A DNA stretch of 64,000 nucleotides from Dehalococcoidia bacterium (GCA_965262725.1 OZ253555.1:608001-672000), one strand, 5' to 3'; shown: positions 52,851-62,702, numbered from the stretch's first letter. The notes: generated by a model from the letters alone, not told the origin. Numbers and translations: made by a program.

Positions 52851-53601
52851 TGAAGAAGGTAAGGGGCCACTTCAGAGCATCACTCCCAACCCCATGTCCA
52901 TACAGTGCGAGTGGCCGACCTCGGTGGCCGTGGGGTTCTCGTCGCGGGGGCGGGCGGGTATGCCGACGATCGGCCGACGCGCGAGTACATCCGCGAGTCG
53001 CGGGTGCGCCATCACGCCTCGATGCCCCGGACGTGGCAATCGACCCCAGAGATACGATGCCTGTCCCGGAGCAGGAGATGAATCGGGCCTCGGCTTGAGT
53101 CGGCGAGCAGATAGCGGCGTCCGAGTAGACACGGCATCGCGATGTGCCGAGCAAGACAATCGCATGGCGCGAGTGGCCGAGCGCGAGGTTCGACCCGTGC
53201 ATGAAGAAAAAGATCATATGATCCGCTATCAATTCCCGCTCACGATCCGCTCGATCGTTCCCACGGCGCATCTGTGGAGCGCCGTCGGGTACCTACTCAA
53301 GCGGCGTCGGCGCTCGCGGGCACTCGCGACTCGGGAGCTTGAGCGAGGAATGGGACGCGCCGTCAGGCTGCCCTCCAGTGTCGACGTGGATCTCGTAGGG
53401 GCGAAGGAAGGCGCGCTTCACGAACGTGAGGTGGCGCTCGCTGCTGCCGGCCAGGTGAGAGCCCGGCGTCGCCGTCGCGCCACGCAGGCGCGCGGGGCCG
53501 CGGTCCCGGGAAGCACGCGGGCGCCAACGGCAGCCGCCCGAGCAACCGCGGCCGGCGCGGGCAGAGGCACCGCGAGGGGATGCTGCCCGAGTTCGATGCT
53601 C

Positions 53602-53624
53602 GACGGGATTCGAACCCGCGACCC
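53602..53624 (-). other. Isolated tRNA T-arm fragment (probable att scar)
   Basis: GGGTCGCGGGTTCGAATCCCGTC without the rest of a cloverleaf; TGAGC x4 at 11-bp spacing nearby (53680-53717). Confidence 0.55.
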
Positions 53625-53965
53625 GTGGACCTGGCGGCTGATCGGGAGTTGATTGCGCTTCGTGCGCGACTCGCGGCACTGAGCAGATCCTGAGCGACGT
53701 GTGAGCGAATCCTGAGCACCCCTGATCGCAGAATGGCCCTGCATCGCCGCACGGCGCCACCCGAGCGAGCGTGCGGAGACGCGGAAGGGGCTCGCCGTGC
53801 GGTGCGCACTCCTCGCCGTCTTCACAGCGCTCGCTTGCCGGCGCCGCCGCCGGGGCCGGGTAGCCAGAGCACTCACCCGCATGTCCAGACTCGCAAGTCC
53901 TCCTGCCACCCCCCTCGCGGAGGTGCGCCCGGCGCACGACGCACTGGAGGACGGGGCAAACGCCG

Positions 53966-54360
53966 GTGCCTGAAGGGGCCGTCTTGCTGACGGTGCACGA
54001 GGCGGCTGCGCCGCTGCGGATCTCCCGCAACCTCGCCTACGAAGTCGTGGCGAGGGGCGAGCTCCCGGCGATTCGCCTCGGCCGCGTCATCCGCGTCCCG
54101 CGCGCGGCGCTTGAGTACGACCGCGGAACGATGCATGCCACGGACTACCGGGCGAAGCTCGCTGGCTACCACCGGTACTACGACTCCCGCCAGTTCGAGG
54201 ATGACTTCGGCGAGCCGCCCGTCTTGCTGGTGGTGGCTCAGGGCGACCGGGCCGAGGAGCACGTTGCGCGGGCGGCTCGCCTCGCTGCCCGCGTGTGCGG
54301 GTCCAGGCTTCCGTTGATCTTGACCGCCGAGTGGCGGTTCGCACGCGATCCGTCCAACGC
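53966..54360 (+). pseudogene. Excisionase HTH fused by deletion to a Replic_Relax-like C-terminus
   Basis: LLTVHEAA..LRISRNLAYE..RGELP joined to LEYDRGT...Y..K...Y. Confidence 0.7.
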
Positions 54361-54592
54361 CCGTGGACTGCCCGGGCCATCTGGCGGACGGTCGATGGAC
54401 CGGAGCCCCGCCGGCCATGGCCGGACAGGACGCGCGCTGTGGAGCGCCGCGGTGGGAGCGGGACTCCGACTGAAGGAGGTGAACGATGAGCGACGATCAG
54501 CCGTTGGCGGCGACCGAGGCTGCAAGAGTTGCTGCGCATCTCGCGCAACCTTGCCTCCGAGTTGGTAGCGCGAGGGGCCGTCGGGAAAGTTA

Positions 54593-54650
54593 GGAAGGAT
54601 TCCGGAACGATTCTGGAACGTCTAGAACTCTTGTAGAACGCAGCCGGAAC
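54593..54650. repeat. Phased RGAAC array
   Basis: Units at 54593, 54604, 54615, 54624, 54635, 54646. Confidence 0.65.
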
Positions 54651-54884
54651 TTCCTGTGAACGCTCGATCGCAGGCTAGCCTTGCATCGTCGCACCACGCC
54701 CATCGAGGCGAGCGCGCATGGATGCGGAAGGGGCTTGGCCGTGCGGGATCCGTTGCTCGCCGTCGCCGCTGCGCTCGTCTTGCCGGCTGCTGCCTGCCGC
54801 GCCCGCCCGCGCCAGGCGGCCGATCCACTCGCGGCTCTCGCCCGCCCGCCTCCGGCGTGCGCGCACGCGGCACGGGGTTGCACC

Positions 54885-55140
54885 CGCTCCTCCTCGAGTA
54901 CGGCCGCGGAACCCTCGACTCGGGCGACTACCGCGCGAAGTTCGAGGGGTACCGCCGGTACGACGCCGCACGGAAGTGGGAAGACCACCTCCCGCGTCCG
55001 CCTACGTTGCGGCGAGCAACGCGCGGGGCACGGCGTCCGGCGAGCTGCACACGGGTGGGCCGGGCACGCCGGGGCGCTCACGACCACGGTATCGCGGATC
55101 GACCCCGGGGACGGCACACGCGTGGCCCGGCGGTGCCGTC
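54885..55140 (+). pseudogene. Second Replic_Relax-like fragment
   Basis: LLLEYGRGTLDSGDYRAKFEGYRRY, paralogous to the segment at 54108. Confidence 0.6.
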
Positions 55141-55298
55141 TGGCGGCCGATTCACGGCCGCCGCCGGTCAGGCGAGGGGAGGATGGCCTGGATGATCACA
55201 CGAGGATTGCTGAAGCCGGGCCGGCTCCGGCCGCGGTCCAGCGACACGCAACTGCGTGGTCTGGCGCAGCGCGCGAGGCCGCCCACGAGGGGTGACCA

Positions 55299-55523
55299 GT
55301 GAATGACGACCCACTGCTGCTGACGGTCCCCGAGACCGCGAGGCTGCTTCGAATCTCGCGCAACCTCGCCTATGAACTGGTGGCGCGGGGGGAGCTGCCT
55401 TCCGTCCGGTTCGGCAGGGTGATTCGAATACCCCGGAGGGTGCTCACCGACTGGGTCCGGGAGTCGGTCGGCCGGCGCGACACGGGTGCGCGCGCGGAGA
55501 ACGAAACATCGGAGAGCCGCTGA
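55299..55523 (+). CDS. xis: Excisionase (HTH_17)
   Basis: LLLTVPETARLLRISRNLAYELVARGELPSVRFGRVIRIPR. Confidence 0.88.
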   Translation: MNDDPLLLTVPETARLLRISRNLAYELVARGELPSVRFGRVIRIPRRVLTDWVRESVGRRDTGARAENETSESR

Positions 55524-55616
55524 CAGAACGCCTGTTCTGCTAGAATGAATTCGGCTGTGCGCTTCACGCCGTCGGCACGGCGCGGGCATCGTGGAGCGCG
55601 GCAGAGGAGGCAGCCC

Positions 55617-56774
55617 ATGGGCAAGCGTGACTACGGTAGCGGTGCCCTCAGGAAGCGCGGGAAGGGCTGGCAGGCCACGCTCTGGCTCCCGCGTGATCCG
55701 GTCACCGGCAGGCGCACGCGCAAGACGTTCACGGCTGCGACGAGGAAGGAGGCTGTGGGGCTGCGCAGCGCATTCCAGCGTCGGCTCGAGCACGGCCTGG
55801 ACGTGGTGGGAGCAGAGTCACCACTCGGCGACTACTTCGAGCGCTGGTTGCGCGAGCACGCGGCCCGATCCGTTTCGGCACGGACACTGTCCGTCTACCG
55901 GCAGACCGGTCGTGTGTTCGTGGCTCCGATTGCCTCGGTGCGCTTGTCGGACGTCCGCCCGCCGCACATCGAGAGAGCGCTCGATGCGTACCTGCGGTCC
56001 GGTGCGGGCAACCGCACCGCCGCCAAGCACCTGACCGTCCTGAAGTCGGCGCTCGCCCGGGCGGTGAGGCTGGAGTTGATCTCGCGCAACCCGGCGGACG
56101 CGGTGACGAAGCCGCGCGCAACCCGCCGCGAGATGCGCGTGGCCGACATGGAGACACTTGCCGCCATCCTGGGCGCCTGCGCGGATCCCGATTTCAGGCG
56201 CCTGATCAATCTTGCCGTCCACACGGGCCTCCGGGCCGGGGAACTGCTCGGCCTGAGGTGGGCCGATGTCTCCTGGGAGCACTCGCTGCTGCAGGTGAAG
56301 CGCTCCCGCAACCTGTTCGCCGAATCCGGGTTTGCCGAGCCGAAGACGGCCGCGGGTCGCAGGGCGATCGCGCTCTCTGAGCGGGAGATAGCGCTTCTTC
56401 GCGAACATCGCTCTGCCCAGGCTGAGAGACGCCTCTCGCTCGGGCCGGCATGGCCGGGCACTGACCTCGTGTTTCCCCGCGCGGATGGGAAGCCGGAGAA
56501 CGTCGAGCGTCTCGCCCGGCAGTGGCGCGAACTCTGTCGCCGTGCCGGCGTGTCGGGACTGCGATTCCACGATCTCCGCCACACGAGTGCGACGATCGCC
56601 CTCACCAGCGGCGTCCACCCGAAGGTGGTTCAGGAGCGTCTGGGGCACTCGACCATCAGCGTCACGCTGGACACGTATTCCCACGTCCTCCCGTCCATGC
56701 AGGAAGACGCGGCGCACCGGATCGAGGAGGCGATGTCCGTCCTCGACGGCCGGGATCGCGTTCGAACGAATTGA
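55617..56774 (+). CDS. int: Tyrosine integrase, intact
   Basis: GLRAGE, PKT, FHDLRH, LGHS, DTYSH; N-terminal arm-binding domain; GGAGG ribosome-binding site. Confidence 0.95.
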   Translation: MGKRDYGSGALRKRGKGWQATLWLPRDPVTGRRTRKTFTAATRKEAVGLRSAFQRRLEHGLDVVGAESPLGDYFERWLREHAARSVSARTLSVYRQTGRVFVAPIASVRLSDVRPPHIERALDAYLRSGAGNRTAAKHLTVLKSALARAVRLELISRNPADAVTKPRATRREMRVADMETLAAILGACADPDFRRLINLAVHTGLRAGELLGLRWADVSWEHSLLQVKRSRNLFAESGFAEPKTAAGRRAIALSEREIALLREHRSAQAERRLSLGPAWPGTDLVFPRADGKPENVERLARQWRELCRRAGVSGLRFHDLRHTSATIALTSGVHPKVVQERLGHSTISVTLDTYSHVLPSMQEDAAHRIEEAMSVLDGRDRVRTN

Positions 56775-57199
56775 CGACAATTGCTCATCTGGCCAGCGGA
56801 GAGGAACCATCGCGGGCGTGAGCGCCCGGCATGAATCGTGCTGGTTGGCGCCACGCCCCGACCGATCGGTGGATTCGGGCTAGTCTGGCTTTGGCGGGTA
56901 CGCTGCGATCCGGGGTTCTCGGCATGCCTACGTGGCCGCTCGGTACCGGACTGTCACGCGGATATCCCTGAAGTGACGGAGGCAGTGTCGAGCGTTGCGG
57001 CCCTTCTCCATGTCTCGGCACGTCTTGGTACGCCGCCCACGCCCGCCGCAGCTGGGACGAAGACGACCTGCGCCGCACCTTCGAGGCACAGCCGGACTCG
57101 GACGACACACTGTTCCGCGGTGGAGATCAAACGCTGCGTCGGCGGCGGCCGCGAGACCTTGTCCCGCGCGTCATCGGCCGCTCGGTCAAGCCGCGAGCT

Positions 57200-57691
57200 G
57201 TGGGCACCAGCCCTGCGCTGGACGGGATCGTCGCCCGGTTCTCCGAGGGGCCGGTCCGGGAGACGGCCCGACACCTCATTGATCGCGCCCGCGCCGCTGG
57301 GGCGACGTTCGAGCCCGGATCGGGCGGCTTCAGTATCCGCGGCACCTGCGAGCTCTGGCCTCAGCCCGTCACCGTGGCCTGGCTCTACCCCTCCGCGACC
57401 GGCTGGGCGCGCACGGCTCACTTCTCGTTCGGTGCGGGCATCCTCGGCGGCTACGATCCGCTGGCGCCGGAGGCGCCGAGCGCCCTGCTCCGTCGCTACG
57501 CTGGTCAATTGGAGGCCGATCCGTATGCGCACGACGTGTCGAGCACGGGCGTCGTTGCCTGGTGTGTCGAACCAGACGACGCGGCGAAGGACATCGGCGT
57601 GCTCGCGGAGCGTGTCGAACGGGTGCTCGCCGACCTCAAGGCTCTGAAGCCGCAGAGCGGCGCGGGGAACCCGGTGGGGCACGACGCGTAG
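57200..57691 (+). CDS. Hypothetical protein, probably 5'-truncated
   Basis: 163-aa ORF of globular composition with a weak start. Confidence 0.45.
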   Translation: MGTSPALDGIVARFSEGPVRETARHLIDRARAAGATFEPGSGGFSIRGTCELWPQPVTVAWLYPSATGWARTAHFSFGAGILGGYDPLAPEAPSALLRRYAGQLEADPYAHDVSSTGVVAWCVEPDDAAKDIGVLAERVERVLADLKALKPQSGAGNPVGHDA

Positions 57692-57979
57692 GCTCGTGAT
57701 CGCGCAGCCCTTCGACTTCGAACGGCGCCGAGAACGACGCGTCGGAGGACGAGGCCAACGCGAGTGGCTCTACTGAGCCATGTACGCGCGGACTCCATCC
57801 AACGCGCAGCACCTCCTCACCCTGCAAGAGTTCAAGGCTGCCACTGCTGATCTGCCGGACGACCACGACCATCTTCCGGTGCTTGTCGAGGCCGAGATCC
57901 GGCTCCTACAGCCCCTCCTCGCCGGCCTCCAGGATGCGCTCGACCGTAAGAACGGAACGGCGCACGTCGGTGCCGAGCC

Positions 57980-59176
57980 TCAGGACGTTCGTGCAGCTCG
58001 ACTGGCAGGATCTTGAGGACGTCGGGCGGCCGCAACTCGCCCAGCTCGCGGCCTGCTAGCAGCATCATCCCGACTAGGATTGGAGCCACCGAGATCTTTC
58101 CGCACCTCGGTCGATGGACCTGGGGCTGCTGAGCGTCCTTCACCAGAGGAGGGCGCCCACCCGTACTCGATCAAGCGCTTCCGCGCCTTCTGGATATGCG
58201 CAACTCTGAAGAGGCGTCGCTTCCGAGCATTCCACCCGCGGAAGCGACGCACGAACTCGTCGGCCTCGAAGGGGTCAACGCCCTCATGAGCGATCAACCA
58301 GTGCGCCGTGGCTAGCAGCTCAAGACCGTAGGGCGACTCGTAGCCTTCGATCAGCACGGCGACGCGGTCGATCCGACTCGCTAGATCGGGATGGACCCCG
58401 ATGACTTCTTGCGCCTTCGGGAGGGCGCCTTCAGCGAGTGTGATCGCCGGGGGGCTGGTGCGATCGCCGTAGCCGCGCGTGAACTGGCCCTCCATAGCCC
58501 GCAGCACATCGTTGACGGTCTCCGTGTAAGGACCGTAGACGTGCACGCCAAATCGCAGCTTCAGTCGCTGACCAGCCTCCTGCAGGAAGTAGGCGAGCTT
58601 CTGAATCTCGATCGTAGACGCCTCGTAGCCCGGCTCGAGGTACTTGGCGAGCAGACCAACGATTGCGGCACGTCTCAGGGTCAAGCCTGGCTCCTTGTTG
58701 GCAACCGGAATCGCCGCACCCGCTGGCGCTCCAGCAGGCTCGTACACCTCAACCCTCACATCCGGCAACGCCGCGAAAGCCGCCTCAATTCGCGGACGCA
58801 CGTCCGCCCAGTCAAGACCACCGTTGCCGCAACCCAACGGCGGCACGGCAATCGAGCCGATCTGGAGGTCGCGGACTTGGCGCACAAGATCGTCAAGCCC
58901 TGATTCGATGTCTTTCAGTTTCGACCTCGCTCGCCAGTGTCGCTTCGTTGGGAAGTTGATGATGTACCGGGGGTCACCCAGCATCGAGACGACAAGAACC
59001 CGCCCGATACTGACGTCACCGCGCCGGCAGGCACGCTCGTAGATGCGGTAGTTCTCAGGGAAAGCCTGCTTGAACTGGAGAGCGATCCCCTTGCCCATCA
59101 CACCTACGGTGTTGACCGTGTTGACGATGGCTTCGGTCTTCGCGTTCAGGAGATTGCCGTGCTGCAAGTGAATCAT
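57980..59176 (-). CDS. darG: DarG macrodomain antitoxin
   Basis: NTVNTVGVMGKGIALQFK, NFPTK.HWR, PPLGCGNGGL.W, QKLAYFLQ, YGLELLAT. Confidence 0.93.
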   Translation of the reverse strand: MIHLQHGNLLNAKTEAIVNTVNTVGVMGKGIALQFKQAFPENYRIYERACRRGDVSIGRVLVVSMLGDPRYIINFPTKRHWRARSKLKDIESGLDDLVRQVRDLQIGSIAVPPLGCGNGGLDWADVRPRIEAAFAALPDVRVEVYEPAGAPAGAAIPVANKEPGLTLRRAAIVGLLAKYLEPGYEASTIEIQKLAYFLQEAGQRLKLRFGVHVYGPYTETVNDVLRAMEGQFTRGYGDRTSPPAITLAEGALPKAQEVIGVHPDLASRIDRVAVLIEGYESPYGLELLATAHWLIAHEGVDPFEADEFVRRFRGWNARKRRLFRVAHIQKARKRLIEYGWAPSSGEGRSAAPGPSTEVRKDLGGSNPSRDDAASRPRAGRVAAARRPQDPASRAARTS

Positions 59177-59850
59177 CAGTAGTACCAGTGAGGGCACGCC
59201 GCAACGGGGATGGACTTCGTGCCGTTCCGAGCGCCGGGGAGAAGGTCCCGTACCTTCTGCTGCATCGCCACGTCGACGACTCCTATGCCGATGACACTAC
59301 TCCACGGTGCGTATCCGTGCACGAGGAACTCGGCCTGACGCCGGCGAGGCCGGTCGGGATCGCTCGGAATCGAGTTCCAGTACGTCACAGGGGTGCTCGA
59401 CGACTTGAGGGTCGTCGGTTGGCCGTCCCACATCAGATTCCAGTCAACCTTGTTCAGATCCCCCAGCTCTTCATAGAACTCAGTGATCGCCATGTCCGCG
59501 TGGCCGTCGGTGAATGCAGTCGGGCGCTCGCCATTCAGGCCCTGCGCCGTACAGACCAGATGAACGACCGTGCGTTGCCGCGCGTCTGCGACTCTTCCTT
59601 GGCTAATCGGGAAGAGCATCGGGGGCCGCGGCGCGAAGAAGAACCGGGCATAGTCGGTGAGTACGCCACCAGATCCAGTCGGGATCGGCCGGCGGCGAGC
59701 CCTTTCAACGATGTGCCGGTAGGCAATATTGGTGAACTCCTCGGGTGTCTGCTTGCGGCACAGGATGCGTCCGTCCTCGACAATCGAAGGCAGGTTTGCC
59801 ACGTCGGTGAGATGAAAGACCCACGTAGGGTGAGGAATCCGCCCGGGCAG
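59176..59850 (-). CDS. darT: DarT DNA ADP-ribosyltransferase toxin (DUF4433)
   Basis: FHLT...NLPSI, PMLF, FTDGHA, RRRQAEFLV, WYY; TGATG overlap with darG; start uncertain (CTG proposed). Confidence 0.9.
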   Translation of the reverse strand: MPGRIPHPTWVFHLTDVANLPSIVEDGRILCRKQTPEEFTNIAYRHIVERARRRPIPTGSGGVLTDYARFFFAPRPPMLFPISQGRVADARQRTVVHLVCTAQGLNGERPTAFTDGHADMAITEFYEELGDLNKVDWNLMWDGQPTTLKSSSTPVTYWNSIPSDPDRPRRRQAEFLVHGYAPWSSVIGIGVVDVAMQQKVRDLLPGARNGTKSIPVAACPHWYY

Positions 59851-59962
59851 TTCGCGTACTCCACTAAGGCAAGCTTCGCCGAGCGCTTCCCAAGTCCAGC
59901 TGTCCTCGGCAACTCGCCACCACGATGGTAGCGCACTTGGCGCGCGGCACGATCGCGCCGAT

Positions 59963-60188
59963 TCGCTGTCTCGCCGCCTTCCTTGCCGCTCGTCTACCTC
60001 CTCTGCCGTTGCTCGTCCACGAGTTGCCCTGTCTGCTCGATTCGACGCCTGTAGCGGAGGGCGCTGCTCGTTGCCTCTGGTGAGGGTGATCCGTTCCGGT
60101 GTTTCGGATGAGCGATCCATGCCGGATTCTCTGCTCCCTGGAGTCAGCGGTACCGACGGAACGCACTGCTGACGAAGGGCAGGCTACG
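59963..60188 (-). repeat. ~225-bp dispersed repeat, copy B, upstream of darTG
   Basis: Matches 44618-44842; a 22-bp third copy lies at 61409-61430. Confidence 0.9.
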
Positions 60189-60199
60189 AAGGGTCCGTC

Positions 60200-60889
60200 C
60201 TATCCCCACGCCTTGCTACGGGCCCATTCGTCGACAGCTGCCTTCGACGCCTGCAGTCGTGCCGTGTCGCCTCCGAACATCCCGGCTGCCAGCGGCAACC
60301 AAGCGTGGCCGTCACGTTTCACTTCAACAGCGACGACAACCGGGAGCCATTCGGACGACCAGGGCCCGCGACGCCATGCGAAGCGGCCCCCCGAGAAGCG
60401 CGCCGACTCTCCAGAGGTCAACCACCAATCGGCCTCCGCGAGAGACAGCACGTACTCGAACCTGTCGAACAGGTCCGTGTATTCCTCGTCCGAGGGGATG
60501 ATCTCGCTGAAGGACTCGCGGAGCGCTCCGTGCAGTTCATCGCTCAGGGGAGTGCGCCCGCCCTTCCCGGCTCCCCGCAACTCCTGAGCGACGCGGTCGT
60601 CGACCACGCTGCGGGGCGAGAGTGCCTGAAGGATGGGGCCGCGTTCGTTGTCGGTGCGCACTTCGAGGGAGAGAGAGGTGCTGAGCCCGGAGTAGTTCTC
60701 GCGAGCGACCATCGCGATTCCGGCCGCATATAGCGCCAGGAGTGCCGGATAGCGCACCAGTTCGAGGAACACGGTTTGCCCCGAGCGACCGTGAGGTGCC
60801 TCGGCCAGGCGGCGCAGCAAGACAGTGAGCTCTCGCCCGTGCGCTTCTTCCTCGCCCCAGTACGCAGCGCCAGCGACGAGATGCATCAC
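60200..60889 (-). pseudogene. C-terminal helical fragment resembling tails of SIR2/caspase-type effectors
   Basis: RYPALL.LYA.GI, TPLSD.L, Y..LFDRFEY..SL; no N-terminal effector domain (family link recalled, not verified). Confidence 0.5.
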
Positions 60890-60938
60890 ACGGTCCGCCA
60901 GACCCGCATAGCGGCGCGCACGGTCGGGAAGTCGACTC

Positions 60939-61280
60939 CTACCGCTGCGGGCGCTGCCGCCTGGCGCGCTTCGGAGTCGGGCACGGCGCCGCAGGGGAGA
61001 CGTCGACCGCGGCCGAGTCCTCGTTGAGCGTGCGGCGCCGAACGATGAGGCCGCTGCTGGTCACGAGGACGCCTAGGTCGCCGCCCGCGTCGCGGATCGC
61101 CTTCATTGCCGCTTCGCGCGTGATGGCGATCGCGACGTAGGAGCCCGGCCGCAAATCCCACGCGAGCCACACGTGCATCTTCCGACGATTCTGGATCGCC
61201 CGAATCGCGGCCCTCACCAACTCGCGGGAGGTCGGCTGCGGGGCCGCGTCGTCAACCACGCTCCGATCCGGCGTCGTCAC
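60939..61280 (-). CDS. Hypothetical protein
   Basis: 113-aa ORF downstream of the third repeat copy. Confidence 0.4.
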   Translation of the reverse strand: MTTPDRSVVDDAAPQPTSRELVRAAIRAIQNRRKMHVWLAWDLRPGSYVAIAITREAAMKAIRDAGGDLGVLVTSSGLIVRRRTLNEDSAAVDVSPAAPCPTPKRARRQRPQR

Positions 61281-61872
61281 CCTGTCCTATTCCCGCACAG
61301 GAGAGCGCCGCAGCGCGCCGAGAGACTGTGCACACGATCGGGGCTCTGCGCGTGGCGGCCTAGGACGGGCGCGGCTGCGGGCGGCGTGACTCGCCGCCGC
61401 TCACGGAGTGCTGACGGGGGACAGGCTACGAGCGGACATTCGCATGGCGTTCCCACTGTTCTCACAGGATCCCCACCGTTTCCCATTCGCCGCGAATCCC
61501 CCCGCCCGGACCCAGGGGGCAACTCGACGCGAACTGCGAGCAGCGCCCCAGTAGCGTACTTCGGCCGATTCCGTGGGACTCTCGTGGAACGCTCAGGGAA
61601 CAAATCGGGGATCGATGATCCACGCGACCGGACAGGCGGCCTGCACCCGTTTACACGGCGCTCTGCCGAGACGCTCTCCCACGGCTTGCCCAGCGCTCCG
61701 TGGCCCCGAAGTCCAGTGCCCGGGCGGGCGTACCCGGGCGACCGCAGTCTGTCCGCCCTTGACTTTCACCGTGCGGTTCCGCTAATCAGAGGTGCCCCTG
61801 TGGGGGCTAATCCTCCCCGCCGTCCGCCGCTTCTTGTGGCGAACTGGCGGGGTTATTCTTTGGACGCCTCCC

Positions 61873-62270
61873 ATGGCCGACCGAGTCGTCGTGTACGTCG
61901 ATGCGCAGAACGTCCTCCACCAGGCGCGTCGCTGCTTCCACGCGGAATCCGGACACCACACCGACGGCCAGATCGACCCGTTCGCGCTCGGAGAGTTGAT
62001 CTGCAGCCGCGCCCCGCCGGGTTACACGCGGACCCTGAGCGAGGTGCGCATGTACACCGGGCGCCCGGACTCGAGCAGGGAGCCGCGGACATACGGCGCT
62101 CACAGGCGTCAGTGCCAGGCGTGGGAGCGCGCCGGGGGCGTCGTGATCCCGCAAGCGGTGCGCTACCCGATGGACTGGCCCGCGAGCAGGGCCGAGCAGA
62201 AGGGCGTGGACGTCCAACTTGCGATCGACTTCATCGCCGGAGCCCTCGACGATCGCTACGAGGTCGACAT
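61873..62270 (+). pseudogene. NYN-domain RNase, 3'-truncated
   Basis: VVVYVDAQN, EQKGVDVQLAID; final S.D.D motif missing. Confidence 0.8.
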
Positions 62271-62489
62271 CCCCGAGGGCGACCTGGCGGCGGAAGGCGG
62301 CGGGGGTGGGCGGGCTCGCCGGGCCCCAGGCCCGGGAGCGGCTCCAGCGCCGTGCCGCTCCCCTCGGGCTGCCCGTCCAGGAGTCCGCGAGCGTCCCGTC
62401 GCCCGGTCGTGCGTGGCCCCGATGGCGGCGCGGCGTGCGGGATCCGGCCGCGGAGCCGGGCCCGCGGTGGCGCCCTCCGCGGAGACCCG

Positions 62490-62702
62490 ATGAACGAGGC
62501 CGGCGAGACCTGGTGGGTCTACGAGGACGATATCGCCGCGCACGCGCGCGTCCACAAGGCGAGCTGCTGGCACTGCAACAACGGACGCGGCCACAGTCGC
62601 CTTCCCAGCAACCGCTGGCATGGCCCGTACGCGAGCGAAGCGGAGGCGCTCCGTCTCCGACAGGGAGACCTGATTCCCGTGTCGCTCTTCGCAGGGAGAT
62701 GA
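62490..62702 (+). CDS. Small His/Cys-containing hypothetical protein
   Basis: WWVYED...ARVH..SCWHCN.GRG...WHGPY; GGAG ribosome-binding site. Confidence 0.5.
   Translation: MNEAGETWWVYEDDIAAHARVHKASCWHCNNGRGHSRLPSNRWHGPYASEAEALRLRQGDLIPVSLFAGR

Larger units (their letters stand above)
51349..52864 (-). mobile_element. IS110-family element, complete, CC core
   Basis: IS900-like left end CCTTACCTT, right end TTGACA...CATGGGGACA-CC; core duplicated; no terminal inverted repeats. Confidence 0.9.

Noticed and set aside
51394-53652. 752-aa plus-strand ORF and other long antisense ORFs
   Set aside because: Shadows of real genes in high-GC DNA, with Arg/Ala/Pro-rich composition and no motifs
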